Shown here one piece after another: positions 17,909 to 27,376 of a DNA stretch of 49,803 nt. The notes under the pieces were generated by a model, which worked only from the letters and a program-made list of their open reading frames with translations, did no database searches and had not been told where the DNA came from. Position numbers and translations under genes: made by a program. The DNA is from an uncultured Isosphaeraceae bacterium. Lineage in GTDB: Bacteria; Planctomycetota; Phycisphaerae; Phycisphaerales; SM1A02. The stretch's first letter is position 1, and the number at the start of each line of letters is the position of its first letter. The stretch is from NCBI GenBank assembly GCA_964417845.1, contig CAYQJN010000003.1:1-49803 (forward strand). Direction: 5' to 3'.

Positions 17909-19717
17909 ATGGCCGATCGGGTGCTGGAGACAGTTCGACATGTCTGGGGATGGAGTGCGCTGTATCCGATGCAGCGTGAGGCGATCGATGCAGCGTTGGC
18001 TCGGCGGGATTCACTTCTGGTGTTGCCCACCGGTGGAGGCAAGTCGCTGTGCTTTCAGGTGCCACCACTGATTCAAGGCGGCATGGCACTGGTGGTGTCT
18101 CCGTTGATCGCCCTGATGAAGGATCAGGTTGATGGACTGCAGCAGGCCGGCGTGCCTGCCGCATGTCTTCACGGAGATTTGTCGGGGAGGGACCATTCCA
18201 GTGTGATTGACCAGGCGGCAGCCGGCTCCTTGCGGCTGCTCTACGTCACACCGGAGCGACTGGTCTCTCCCGGGTTTCTCTCGATGGTTGCCAGATGGCC
18301 GACGCACTGGATCGCCGTGGATGAGGCGCACTGCATCAGTCAGTGGGGGCATGACTTTCGCCCGGAGTACCGCCGTCTGGCAGAAGTGCGGGCCGCGGTC
18401 CCCAACGCGTCATGGCACGCATGCACAGCGACCGCCACAACGCGCGTGCGAGAGGACATCCTGCGCCAACTCGATCTCAATGATCCATTGGTGCTGGTCG
18501 GAGACATTGATCGACCGAATCTGACCTATCGCGTCACACCCCGCACAGATGGGAAGCGGCAGGTGGCAGAAGCCATTTTGCGTCACAAGGGGCAGGCTGC
18601 GATTGTCTATTGCGGCACCCGCCGGCAGACAGAGTCCGTGGCCAGCACGCTCAGTCAGCGAGGTTTGTCTGCGGCGGCATATCACGCCGGGCTGGACCGC
18701 GTGGTTCGATCGCGTGTTCAGGACGACTTTGCGTCAGAACGCATCGACGTCGTGGCGGCCACGGTGGCATTCGGGATGGGAATCGACAGGTCCGATGTGC
18801 GATGCATCGTGCATGCGTCGATGCCCGACAGTCTTGAGCGATACCAACAGGAGACCGGACGAGCTGGGCGCGATGGCCTCCCGTCGGAGTGTGTGCTGCT
18901 GTATTCGGGGGGCGATGCCGCGAGATGGCGGGCGTTGCAGGCTGAGTCCGAGGAACCGTCCCTATTGCCGTTTCGAGAGTCCATGCTCAATGCGATGCAG
19001 TCGTTCTGCGCGACGGCGGTTTGCCGCCGGCAGATGCTCGGTCGCCACTTCGGACAGCCTCGGACAGAAGCGTCATGTGGGGGGTGCGATGTGTGCCTCG
19101 GGGAGGTTCGGATTCTTGAGGATGGGACGACGACGGCGAGGAAGATTCTCTCTGCCGTGGTTCGAACCGGACAGCGGTATGGCGCGTCCTATGTGGTGGA
19201 TGTGCTGCGTGGAACCGGACTGGAGAAGGTCCGTCAGCGGGGGCACGAAGATCTTTCTGTGTTCAAACTCTTGAGCAGGCGATCCAAGGGCGAATTGACC
19301 GACCTGATCTGGCAACTGGTGCACCTGGACATTCTGCGAAGATCAGAGGGTGAATACCCCACCCTAGCCATGACCGAGGAGGGGCTTGAGGTCATGTTGG
19401 GGCATCGGCCGGTGGATCTGGTGGCACCACCCAAACGACCTGTGCGTGGAGCGGTGGGTGAAGCGGCGTCCTGGGAGGGAGTGGATCGAGAGCTCTTCGA
19501 GGCCCTGCGAGGGCTGAGGCGATCCATGGCCGCAGCGCGTGGGGTTCCGGCCTATGTCGTGTTCGGAGACGCCACCCTCCGCGAAATGGCCCGGCTCCGA
19601 CCGTCCGACTCGCGGGCGATGTTGGAAGTCAAGGGCGTCGGGGACAGGAAACTTGAGGAGTACGGGGAGGCCTTCTTGGAGGTCATTGTGGACTGGGAAC
19701 GCAACGAACAGGCCTGA
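17909..19717 (+). CDS. recQ: ATP-dependent DNA helicase RecQ
   Basis: Helicase motifs LVLPTGGGKSLCFQVP, DEAHCISQWGHDFRPEY, TATAT, FGMGIDRSDVRCIVH, QETGRAGRDG. Zn-finger Cys cluster and C-terminal HRDC (ALRGLRRSMAAARGVPAYVVFGD). Start taken as the ATG at 17909 (AGAGG upstream); the alternative is 17879. Confidence 0.93.
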   Translation: MADRVLETVRHVWGWSALYPMQREAIDAALARRDSLLVLPTGGGKSLCFQVPPLIQGGMALVVSPLIALMKDQVDGLQQAGVPAACLHGDLSGRDHSSVIDQAAAGSLRLLYVTPERLVSPGFLSMVARWPTHWIAVDEAHCISQWGHDFRPEYRRLAEVRAAVPNASWHACTATATTRVREDILRQLDLNDPLVLVGDIDRPNLTYRVTPRTDGKRQVAEAILRHKGQAAIVYCGTRRQTESVASTLSQRGLSAAAYHAGLDRVVRSRVQDDFASERIDVVAATVAFGMGIDRSDVRCIVHASMPDSLERYQQETGRAGRDGLPSECVLLYSGGDAARWRALQAESEEPSLLPFRESMLNAMQSFCATAVCRRQMLGRHFGQPRTEASCGGCDVCLGEVRILEDGTTTARKILSAVVRTGQRYGASYVVDVLRGTGLEKVRQRGHEDLSVFKLLSRRSKGELTDLIWQLVHLDILRRSEGEYPTLAMTEEGLEVMLGHRPVDLVAPPKRPVRGAVGEAASWEGVDRELFEALRGLRRSMAAARGVPAYVVFGDATLREMARLRPSDSRAMLEVKGVGDRKLEEYGEAFLEVIVDWERNEQA

Positions 19718-19807
19718 ATCCCGGATCGGCGTTTGCATCCGTTGGCCATTCGGTGTCGTATGGAGGGTCTGACGGGGCATGTGGGTGGTCTGAGAGGAGC
19801 TTGATCA

Positions 19808-21430
19808 ATGATGCTCATGCGCGCGGTGTGTGTCCCGGCCCTGGCCCTGATCGCATCCTCTGCCAATGCGGCCGATGAGCCGGGCGTGGTGGACGGCGCT
19901 CTGGTGTTCCCAGAGGGGGCCGAGATCCCCAGATCGATGACGGCGACGGAAGCCAGGTGGATTCAGTCGCACCCGCTCGTCGCCACACGCGCGGCCACGC
20001 CGCCGCCTTCCGGACCGGTGCGATGCGCCAGTGAGTACGAGCCAATGGCCGGGATTCTGCTCGCCTGGGAGGGGGGCAACTCCTACACGAACATCATTCG
20101 GCAGATGGCAGTTGCCATCACGACGACGGGTGAGGCAGATGTCTTCATTGCATGCGACAGCTCGAGTGAGGCCAACACTGTGCAGTCCACGCTCTCCTCC
20201 TACGGCGCCGACATGAGTCGGGTCAATACGGTGGTTCGGAGCACCGATACGGTCTGGATCCGCGACTACGGTCCGCGGTACATCTTCGAAGGGGACTGTC
20301 GCGCGATCGTTGATCATGTCTACAACCGACCACGCCCCAATGATGATGACTACTCGTCGTACTTCAAGAACAGCGTCGGCCATGCCTACTACGAGCATGA
20401 TCTGGTGCATGGAGGCGGCAACTACCATGTGAATTCAATAGGCACTGCGGCCGCGACGGAACTCATTCTGAATGAGAATCCAGGCATGAGTGAGGCAGCC
20501 ATTGTCGGCGTCTGGGCGGACTACCAGAATGTGGACACGCACATTCACGACGCATTTCCCACGTCTGTCGATTCAACCCAGCACATTGACATGTGGATGC
20601 AGATCATCGGTGACGCAGAGATCATCATCAGCGACTGGCCAAGCGACAGCGGAAGTACGCAGGATCAGATCTGCGATGGCGCCGCCAGTTTCTATCAAGG
20701 GCTCGGATGGACGGTGCACCGAACGCCGGCATTCGATAGTGGATGGACCCACTGGACTTACACCAACATGGTCCTCTGCAACGGGCTGGTTCTCCTTCCG
20801 AAGTACTCCGAGATCTCGGATACCTATGACAACCAGGCGCTCAACGTGGTTCAGGCCGCCATGCCCGAGCGTCAGGTGGTCCAGATCACCTGTGACAACC
20901 TCGCCTACTCCGCTGGTGTGATGCACTGCATCACGATGCACATGCCCGCCCACGCGGGCGGTATCTACCCAACGACGTGTGTGCGATCCCCGGTTGGGGG
21001 AACCTATGACCCGGGCGACACGATTGTGGTGCAGTGGATCTCGGACGACGATGACTTTGATGTCGTGAATGTGGACATTGATCTGTCGACGGACGGCGGG
21101 TCTACCTGGACGACCGTGGAGGGGGCTACCGCCGATGACGGGTTCTACTCCTTCGCGGCGCCGGATGTGTCCACGGACGCGGCCATCGTGCGCGTGCAGG
21201 CACGCGATGGAGATGGGCACGTCGGGGGCGACGTGAGCGGGACGTTTGCCATTGCGGGGACGTCGGTTCCCGGTGACATTGACGGTGACGGTCAGTGCAA
21301 CGTCAATGACATCCTTGCCCTGGTGGCGGCGTGGGGGCCCTGCAGTGGTGCATGTCCTGCTGACCTTGATCAGGACGGCGTCGTCGGCGTTGATGACGTC
21401 CTGCTGATCCTGACCTACTACGAAGATTAA
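19808..21430 (+). CDS. Secreted agmatine deiminase / Porphyromonas-type peptidylarginine deiminase family protein with Ig-like domain and dockerin-like tail
   Basis: Signal peptide MMLMRAVCVPALALIASSANA. Guanidino-modifying fold motifs VWIRDYGPRYI, HGGGNYH, STQHIDMW. GVMHCITMHMP carries the catalytic Cys. A beta-sandwich-like segment follows (DIDLSTDGGSTWTTV..IVRVQARDGDG), then the tail. Confidence 0.8.
   Translation: MMLMRAVCVPALALIASSANAADEPGVVDGALVFPEGAEIPRSMTATEARWIQSHPLVATRAATPPPSGPVRCASEYEPMAGILLAWEGGNSYTNIIRQMAVAITTTGEADVFIACDSSSEANTVQSTLSSYGADMSRVNTVVRSTDTVWIRDYGPRYIFEGDCRAIVDHVYNRPRPNDDDYSSYFKNSVGHAYYEHDLVHGGGNYHVNSIGTAAATELILNENPGMSEAAIVGVWADYQNVDTHIHDAFPTSVDSTQHIDMWMQIIGDAEIIISDWPSDSGSTQDQICDGAASFYQGLGWTVHRTPAFDSGWTHWTYTNMVLCNGLVLLPKYSEISDTYDNQALNVVQAAMPERQVVQITCDNLAYSAGVMHCITMHMPAHAGGIYPTTCVRSPVGGTYDPGDTIVVQWISDDDDFDVVNVDIDLSTDGGSTWTTVEGATADDGFYSFAAPDVSTDAAIVRVQARDGDGHVGGDVSGTFAIAGTSVPGDIDGDGQCNVNDILALVAAWGPCSGACPADLDQDGVVGVDDVLLILTYYED
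21275..21427 (+). other. Dockerin-like C-terminal tail (two complete segments)
   Basis: DIDGDGQCNVNDILALVAAWGPCSGACPADLDQDGVVGVDDVLLILTYYED. Confidence 0.7.
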
Positions 21431-21882
21431 TCGGGCAACTGCCCGGCCAGCACGTATTGGACGATCTGCACGACCTGTTCGGTTGTTCGGCAGACGGCCT
21501 GTGCTGCTGCGTCGATCTCCTTGAGCGCATGGTCATGCGACTCCGGATGCAGCGTGATGAGTGGGACGCCACCAGCCACAGCCATCCCTGCGTCAAAGGC
21601 TGCATTCCACTGCCGGTACTTCTCTCCGAACCGAACGACGACAAGGTCTGCCTGCGCCAGCGCGGTCCGTGTCCGGATGGCGTTGATGCCGGCACCGGTC
21701 CTGTCGGCCCAGAACGGTGTTGGCTGAGGCCCGAGGATGGCCTCGCCACAGGCGTCGCTGTGATCGTGGTTAGTGACTGGGGAGACAAGTTCAACGTTCA
21801 GGCCAAGGGTGTGGACGCCGTGGGCAATTCGGTCTCTCCAGTCAGAGTGGATCTCGCCAGCCAGATAAACAGTCAGGGGCAT
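21427..21882 (-). CDS. YtoQ family protein (nucleoside 2-deoxyribosyltransferase-like fold)
   Basis: MPLTVYLAGEIHSDWRDRI is the N-terminal signature of the YtoQ family. 151 aa. Starts 2 nt after the greA stop. Confidence 0.7.
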   Translation of the reverse strand: MPLTVYLAGEIHSDWRDRIAHGVHTLGLNVELVSPVTNHDHSDACGEAILGPQPTPFWADRTGAGINAIRTRTALAQADLVVVRFGEKYRQWNAAFDAGMAVAGGVPLITLHPESHDHALKEIDAAAQAVCRTTEQVVQIVQYVLAGQLPD

Positions 21883-21884
21883 CC

Positions 21885-22352
21885 CTACTCCAGGATCTCA
21901 ACGATTTCGAACGTGCGCTCGCCGCGGGGGAGATCGACGCGGATGGTTTCACCGATTCTGGCTTTGAAGAGCGACTGTCCGAGATTCGAGCCGCTGGTGA
22001 CTTCGACGTACTCCATGTCGAATCGGCCAGAAGCCTCGCCGACCAGCTTGTAGAGTTCCTCATCTTCCGTGTCGATGTCCTTGAGCTTGACGGTGGTTCC
22101 TATGAAGACCACACCGTCGGGCGTGTCAGACGGATCCGCCACGATCGCCGTGGCGAGTTTCTGCTGGATCATCTCGATCTTGGCCTGATTCATGGCCTTG
22201 TCTTCCCTGGCGGCGTGGTACTCGGCGTTCTCTTTGAGGTCGCCCAGTTCCCGTGCCTTGGCAATCCGCTCGGTGATCTCTGTATCGGCGTGATGCCGAT
22301 CCGTGAGCTCCTGCTCGAGCTTCGCCTTCTCTTCAGACGTGATGTATTCCAT
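21885..22352 (-). CDS. greA: Transcription elongation factor GreA
   Basis: ORF trimmed to the ATG at 22352 (GGGAG 8 nt upstream). [16 protein letters not shown]...[34 protein letters not shown]. The C-terminal domain is also present ([12 protein letters not shown]...[20 protein letters not shown]). Confidence 0.93.
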   Translation of the reverse strand: MEYITSEEKAKLEQELTDRHHADTEITERIAKARELGDLKENAEYHAAREDKAMNQAKIEMIQQKLATAIVADPSDTPDGVVFIGTTVKLKDIDTEDEELYKLVGEASGRFDMEYVEVTSGSNLGQSLFKARIGETIRVDLPRGERTFEIVEILE

Positions 22353-22431
22353 CTTGACGCTCCCAAAAAAGATCGGGTCCCGGTTTCGCCGGGACGCCAG
22401 AGGGGCGATGGTAGGGGGATGTCTTGCCGCG

Positions 22432-22785
22432 TCAACCCGCCGATGAGGAATCGGCGTTTGGCGGCGTTTCAGGGCCATCAAACAGACTTTCGACCGGAAC
22501 TGATGATCCGTCAATGCTGGCCGTGATGGTAAATCTCCCACCGGATTGAGGAAGGCATTGCACCGCGATGCATGTCTCTCCCTGGAGCGTCAGGGTCCCC
22601 GGCTGGCCAGTTGCGCAGATCAGCGTCGGGGCTGCCAGGAGCATGCCATCTCTTTGAATGCGGACGTCAATGCGGGTGGCTCCACCCTCTGTCAGCTCCT
22701 GCGAGGCTGTCACCTGCCAGTGTGGTTGGGCGCACCCGGAGCACAGGAGTGAGAGAAGCAGCGGGACTCGGAGCCAATTCCACAC
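22432..22785 (-). CDS. Small hypothetical lipoprotein-like secreted protein
   Basis: GTG start. [20 protein letters not shown] looks like a signal peptide with an imperfect lipobox. Fills the gap upstream of greA on the same strand. Confidence 0.5.
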   Translation of the reverse strand: MWNWLRVPLLLSLLCSGCAQPHWQVTASQELTEGGATRIDVRIQRDGMLLAAPTLICATGQPGTLTLQGETCIAVQCLPQSGGRFTITASIDGSSVPVESLFDGPETPPNADSSSAG

Positions 22786-22861
22786 CGATGCAGCGTATCA
22801 GGCTTCATACGATGGGATCGATCGCCTTGGCAGGAGTTGGCCGAGTGGGGATCATGCCTCT

Positions 22862-23824
22862 ATGCGAGTTGCTGCGATTGATGTTGGAACAAACAGTGTG
22901 AAGCTCTCGGTGGGTGAGGTGAATCCGCAGGGCGTCGTGGCTCACCTTGACCGGCGTCGCATCAATCTGCAGATCGGCCGTCGTCTGGAGCGGGAGGAGA
23001 GACTGGGCCGAGGGACGATCGACATGGTGGCAACCACGGTGGCCACGCTGTGCCAGTACGCGGTCAGTCAGGGTGCAGTCCGTATCTCAATCGTCGGTAC
23101 CAGTGCGCCGCGGGAGGCCGCGGATGCGGGGGAGCTCTGTGAGGCGGTCCATGCGGCTTCCGGTCACCCGATGCGCATCATCTCAGGTGTGGAAGAGGCA
23201 ACGCTCACGTGGGAAGCGCTCGCCTCTCAGCAAACACTGAAGGGCTCCACCGCCGTGGTGGATGTCGGCGGCGGCAGCACGGAAGTCACACTGGCACAGG
23301 ATCTGACCGTGGGCTTGATACGGAGCCTTCCCATCGGGGCGGTGCGGTTGACCGATCGATTCGAGACCGCCGGTCGCGTCCCCCCGGCGCGTTTGGCGGA
23401 ATTGGAGGGAGCCATCCAGGAACTCCTGGATGCAGAGATACCTCAGGAGCTCGAGGGCCCTAACCATGTTTTTGTCACGGGAGGAACTGTGACGGCGTTG
23501 GCGTTGCTGGATCAGCGTGGCATGCCGCTTCCTGATGAGTCAGACTTAGCAGTGGAGGCCATTGACGGACACGTTTTGCGAGCCGACTTCATCCATACGA
23601 TCTCCCGGAGGCTTGCCCAATGGGACCGGCATGAGCGCGAGTCCAGAGCCGGGTTCTCTCCACTCCGCGCCGAAGTGATTGTTGCGGGCGCGGTGATTCT
23701 CGATCGTGTGCTCACGCATCTCGGTGCTCCGACATGCGAACTGCATGAACTAGGCATCCGTGACGGATTGATGCTCCGCCTTGCGGCCGAGCAGGATCAG
23801 CCATGCCAGAATGGCCGCGACTGA
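22862..23824 (+). CDS. Ppx/GppA family phosphatase (exopolyphosphatase / pppGpp phosphohydrolase-like)
   Basis: ORF trimmed to the ATG at 22862. MRVAAIDVGTNSVKLSVGEV, VVDVGGGSTEVT and FVTGGTV are ASKHA-fold phosphate-binding motifs. Confidence 0.85.
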   Translation: MRVAAIDVGTNSVKLSVGEVNPQGVVAHLDRRRINLQIGRRLEREERLGRGTIDMVATTVATLCQYAVSQGAVRISIVGTSAPREAADAGELCEAVHAASGHPMRIISGVEEATLTWEALASQQTLKGSTAVVDVGGGSTEVTLAQDLTVGLIRSLPIGAVRLTDRFETAGRVPPARLAELEGAIQELLDAEIPQELEGPNHVFVTGGTVTALALLDQRGMPLPDESDLAVEAIDGHVLRADFIHTISRRLAQWDRHERESRAGFSPLRAEVIVAGAVILDRVLTHLGAPTCELHELGIRDGLMLRLAAEQDQPCQNGRD

Positions 23825-24408
23825 AGTGGTTGATGATCGATGGCATTGCGCGGCGCAGGGCAGACCTGCACGCAGACACCACATCCTGTGCATGCATCTC
23901 GATTGATGACTGGTCGCTCCGCATCGTCCAGCGCGATGGCACCATCAACCGGGCACTGGTCAACGCAGAGCCGGCAGGGCTGCCCTGTCCACGCCAGACA
24001 CGCGATCGGATCAACTCTGGCAGTTGCCATCACCATGGGAAGATCTGGCCGAAGGACGCCCGGCTCACAGGCGGTGATGCAAGGAGTGTCACTGCACATG
24101 ACGCAGGGTTGCCGAATGGCGTCGATGTATGGGGTTCCCGCGCGGCGGTGTCCCGAGCTATCGGGAGCCCAGCGAATGGCCCGCGGCGGACAGGCCGCAA
24201 CGCAGTCTCCACACCGCGTGCACGAGGCGAGGAACTGTCCCTCGGCGACCGCGCCAGGAGGGCGCTGCAACAAGGTCAGTGAGAGGTCCTTCCGTACCGC
24301 GCGGCCGGCGGCTGCCCCACGTTCCGCTGCATCACGAATCGGCTTGAACACCTTTCCGCGAAAGAACTCACGGCGACTGAGGCCCCGCTGGTCTTCCATG
24401 CCGTCCAT
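23797..24408 (-). CDS. NapF-like 4Fe-4S ferredoxin-type protein (four Cys clusters) with Tat-like N-terminus
   Basis: LSRREFFRGK. RPPGA..FLASCTRCGDCVAACPP; CVMCSDTPCITACEPG; CRLCVDQCPVDGAI; CTGCGVCVQVCPAP. Start uncertain (ATG at 24408 or 24399; the ORF extends to 24474). Confidence 0.75.
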   Translation of the reverse strand: MDGMEDQRGLSRREFFRGKVFKPIRDAAERGAAAGRAVRKDLSLTLLQRPPGAVAEGQFLASCTRCGDCVAACPPRAIRWAPDSSGHRRAGTPYIDAIRQPCVMCSDTPCITACEPGVLRPDLPMVMATARVDPIACLAWTGQPCRLCVDQCPVDGAIALDDAERPVINRDACTGCGVCVQVCPAPRNAIDHQPLQSRPFWHG

Positions 24409-24506
24409 GGTACGTCGATCGTCTGATGTACACTCAGGTCGTGCCATCATCATCTGCCAGCATCGATCCGCCATGCGACCTGAGAAGCGAGTATCCGGCG
24501 GGCCGC

Positions 24507-25754
24507 ATGCGAGCCTGGTTCTTCTGGGCGATACCAGCGGCCTTCTTTCTCTATGAGTTCATGCTCCGCGTGTCTCCGAGTGTGGTGGAGGGGACGCTTC
24601 AGAAGGAGTTTCATGCGGACGCTGGCCAGTTCGGGTTCACGATGGGCCTGTATTACTACGCCTACGCACCGATGCAGCTGGTGGTCGGCGTGCTGCTCGA
24701 TCGCTTCGGGAGCCGTCGTCCGCTGGCGGTGGCCTGCCTGATCTGCGCCGCAGGCGCGTCGCTCTTCGCCATGGCGTTCTCGCTCGGGATGCTCGGGAGC
24801 GGGCGATTCCTGGCGGGGATGGGATCGGCCTTTGCCTATGTGGGAACGATCTACGTAGCAAGCGTGTGGTTTCCGAGTTGTCGAATCGCGATGTTGGCTG
24901 GCGTGACGGCGGCACTCGGCATGGCAGGAGCCGTCCTGGGAGAGACGGTGCTGGGTGCCCTTGGTCAGGATGCTTCGTGGCGTACGACGGCGTGGGCATT
25001 CGCCCTTGTGGGGTTGGGCTTGGGGATTGCCATCTGGGTTGTGGTGCCGAAGCGACCAGCCTGGTTCGAGGCCAGGGTCGAGGCGTCGCGTGCCGCTCAC
25101 GGGGACGGTGTCTTTTCCGGAATGTGTTGCGTTCTTCGGAGCCGGCAAACATGGATCGTTTCAGGCATCGCCGGGTTGCTATACCTCCCGGTCGGGACCT
25201 TCGGCGCGCTGTGGGGCGATCGATTCCTTGAGGAGTGTCTTGAGATGGCACCGCATCGGGCTGCAAACGCTGATGCGCTCCTGTTCGTCGGGCTTGGCGT
25301 GGCGGCTCCGCTGCTCGGATGGTGGTCGGACCGCACGGGGCGTCGCAAACTGACGCTCGGAGGCGGTATCACGCTGGCGCTGGCAGCGACCATCGGCGTG
25401 CTGTGCTTGTCACCCGAGTCATCCGCCGCGGCGTTTCCGCTCTTGTTTGTGGTCGGATTCGGCGTTGGCTCCATCGTGGTGGCGTTTCCGATGGGAATGG
25501 ACCTCAATCCGCATCATGCCCGTGGCGCTGCCATCACGTTTATCAATTTCTTCCAGATGCTTCTGGCTGGGATTGGTCAGTGGGGAATCGGACTGCTGCT
25601 CGACCTGGGAGGGGGCGGAGCCGCTGCTGAGGGGACGTACAGCCTGTCTGACTTCCGCTTCGCATTCGCCGTGCTTCCGATCGCGTTGATGCTCGCTGGC
25701 GGCCTCCTGCTACTGCTGCCCAGAGAGGCCCCACGGGGCCAGGAAGGCAGTTGA
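24507..25754 (+). CDS. MFS transporter
   Basis: ORF trimmed to the ATG at 24507 (MRAWFFWAIPAAFFLYEF...). LLDRFGSRR loop motif, 12 hydrophobic segments. Confidence 0.8.
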   Translation: MRAWFFWAIPAAFFLYEFMLRVSPSVVEGTLQKEFHADAGQFGFTMGLYYYAYAPMQLVVGVLLDRFGSRRPLAVACLICAAGASLFAMAFSLGMLGSGRFLAGMGSAFAYVGTIYVASVWFPSCRIAMLAGVTAALGMAGAVLGETVLGALGQDASWRTTAWAFALVGLGLGIAIWVVVPKRPAWFEARVEASRAAHGDGVFSGMCCVLRSRQTWIVSGIAGLLYLPVGTFGALWGDRFLEECLEMAPHRAANADALLFVGLGVAAPLLGWWSDRTGRRKLTLGGGITLALAATIGVLCLSPESSAAAFPLLFVVGFGVGSIVVAFPMGMDLNPHHARGAAITFINFFQMLLAGIGQWGIGLLLDLGGGGAAAEGTYSLSDFRFAFAVLPIALMLAGGLLLLLPREAPRGQEGS

Positions 25755-25830
25755 GGGCCTGACTGGATTGGGAGTTGACTCAGGACGTCCATGTGTCATA
25801 CTCGGACCGGGCGGGTTGTGAGGTGTAGAT

Positions 25831-27306
25831 GTGTTGATTCGTGGAGCCGGAGTGCTGGCGGGTGGGTTGGCGACAACCGCCGCTCTTGGTTTTGATGCAG
25901 CCCTGACCAACGTACAGCGGCTTGATCATATTGATGTCATGCGTATCGTCCTGTCGCCTTCGACCGGCTCCTCAGGCGTTGTGATGCTACGGGGGGCCTG
26001 CCCTCAGGAAGAGGCAACCCACACCGACTCTGACTTTGGACCTGGTCAGTATGTGGTGCAGGCAGGTTTCGCTCAGAGCGAAGCGGCTGCAGCGTCCTGG
26101 ACACTGCAGCCAGATCGGTTTCCTTTGCGTTTCGACTCCGCGGAGATTCTCTTTGCGACGTCCAATGCCACGCAATCCACGACAACGCAGTGGGGCGTGG
26201 AGATCTGGCAAGGCACACCGACCAACGGTGTCAAACTCGCGTCGTTTGAGTCTGATGATCTGGTGCTTCCGCATTTGACGATGCCACCCGGGACGAGTGG
26301 GACGATCATTCAATTCCTCATCGACCCCGATGATCCCGATCAGATCTATATCGATGACAACGGAACCCATGCATACAGCGTGGCCTTTCGCGTCATTGCA
26401 CACAACGAGCCGGGAAACCCGTGCATCTCATCGCCGCCGACGTCGTCCAACGCGTTTCCGACGACCGATATCAGCGGGCTGGACTCCCCCAGCGGGAACT
26501 GGATCGATATGGTGACGGGGCCATTCTGCGTGTGTGGCGAAGGCTGGAATACGTTCCAGCAAATCCCTGGCATCTGCACACCGAGTGGCGACTGGGTGCT
26601 TCGGTCGTACTACACCCCGTATGGATGTTCGCCCGGGCAAGGAGCCTGCTGTCTGGCCGATGGATCATGTGAGATCAACAGCGAGGATGCCTGCCTGTTG
26701 CAGGGAGGCGCTTATGAGGGAGATGACACCGACTGTGCCAGTACCGAATGTCCCCAACCTCAGGGGGCATGCTGTGTCGAATCGTCAGGAAACTGCATCG
26801 ACTCAGAGGCTGATGTCTGCGTCGCATTTGGTGGTCAGTGGCACTTTGGAGAGTCGTGTGACACGTTTATCTGTTTCCCAGAGGGTGCATGCTGTCTACC
26901 GGATGGTTCCTGTCTTGATCTCCAAACGCCCGAATCGTGTGCCACGGCAAACGGCCTCTTTCGCGGGGACGGAACCCAATGCGGCAGCGAAGATTGCCCC
27001 GCGCCCATTGGTTGGTGCTGTGCTGCCGACGGCGTGACATGCTTCGATCTCGAGGAGGTTGATTGCGGCGGCTTCGGAGGCACGTGGGGGGGGGCCGGGA
27101 CCAGCTGCGATGCCCCGGATGCATGTGATTCCGGGTCGCCGTGCGCGGCCGATGTCGACGCGTCGGGTGATGTGGGCGTTGACGATGTCCTCGCCGTCCT
27201 CAGCGACTGGGGCGAGACGGGTGTCTCACCTGCGGATGTCAACGGCGACGGTGTTGTTTCCGTGGACGACTTGCTGATGGTGATTGGAGCCTGGGGGCCC
27301 TGTTGA
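25831..27306 (+). CDS. Secreted cysteine-rich-repeat protein with unknown N-terminal domain and dockerin-like tail
   Basis: GTG start with GAGGTG upstream. Hydrophobic N-terminus. About 250 aa of unrecognised domain, then four six-Cys modules, then the tail. Confidence 0.85.
   Translation: MLIRGAGVLAGGLATTAALGFDAALTNVQRLDHIDVMRIVLSPSTGSSGVVMLRGACPQEEATHTDSDFGPGQYVVQAGFAQSEAAAASWTLQPDRFPLRFDSAEILFATSNATQSTTTQWGVEIWQGTPTNGVKLASFESDDLVLPHLTMPPGTSGTIIQFLIDPDDPDQIYIDDNGTHAYSVAFRVIAHNEPGNPCISSPPTSSNAFPTTDISGLDSPSGNWIDMVTGPFCVCGEGWNTFQQIPGICTPSGDWVLRSYYTPYGCSPGQGACCLADGSCEINSEDACLLQGGAYEGDDTDCASTECPQPQGACCVESSGNCIDSEADVCVAFGGQWHFGESCDTFICFPEGACCLPDGSCLDLQTPESCATANGLFRGDGTQCGSEDCPAPIGWCCAADGVTCFDLEEVDCGGFGGTWGGAGTSCDAPDACDSGSPCAADVDASGDVGVDDVLAVLSDWGETGVSPADVNGDGVVSVDDLLMVIGAWGPC
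26641..27126 (+). repeat. Four tandem copies of the six-Cys module
   Basis: GACCLADGSCEINSEDACLLQGGAYEGDDTDCASTEC; GACCVESSGNCIDSEADVCVAFGGQWHFGESCDTFIC; GACCLPDGSCLDLQTPESCATANGLFRGDGTQCGSEDC; GWCCAADGVTCFDLEEVDCGGFGGTWGGAGTSCDAPDAC. Confidence 0.9.
27151..27303 (+). other. Dockerin-like C-terminal tail (two complete segments)
   Basis: DVDASGDVGVDDVLAVLSDWGETGVSPADVNGDGVVSVDDLLMVIGAWGPC. Confidence 0.7.
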
Positions 27307-27312
27307 TCAGGA

Positions 27313-27331
27313 CGCCACCAGTTTGGTGGCG
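27313..27331. terminator. Short GC-rich hairpin between convergent genes (possible bidirectional terminator)
   Basis: CGCCACCA-gtt-TGGTGGCG: 8-bp stem, 3-nt loop, 7 nt after the stop at 27306. Confidence 0.3.
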
Positions 27332-27376
27332 GGTGTCAGTGGACGGTGGCGATTGTGTTGAGGAAAGCTGAAGGGA

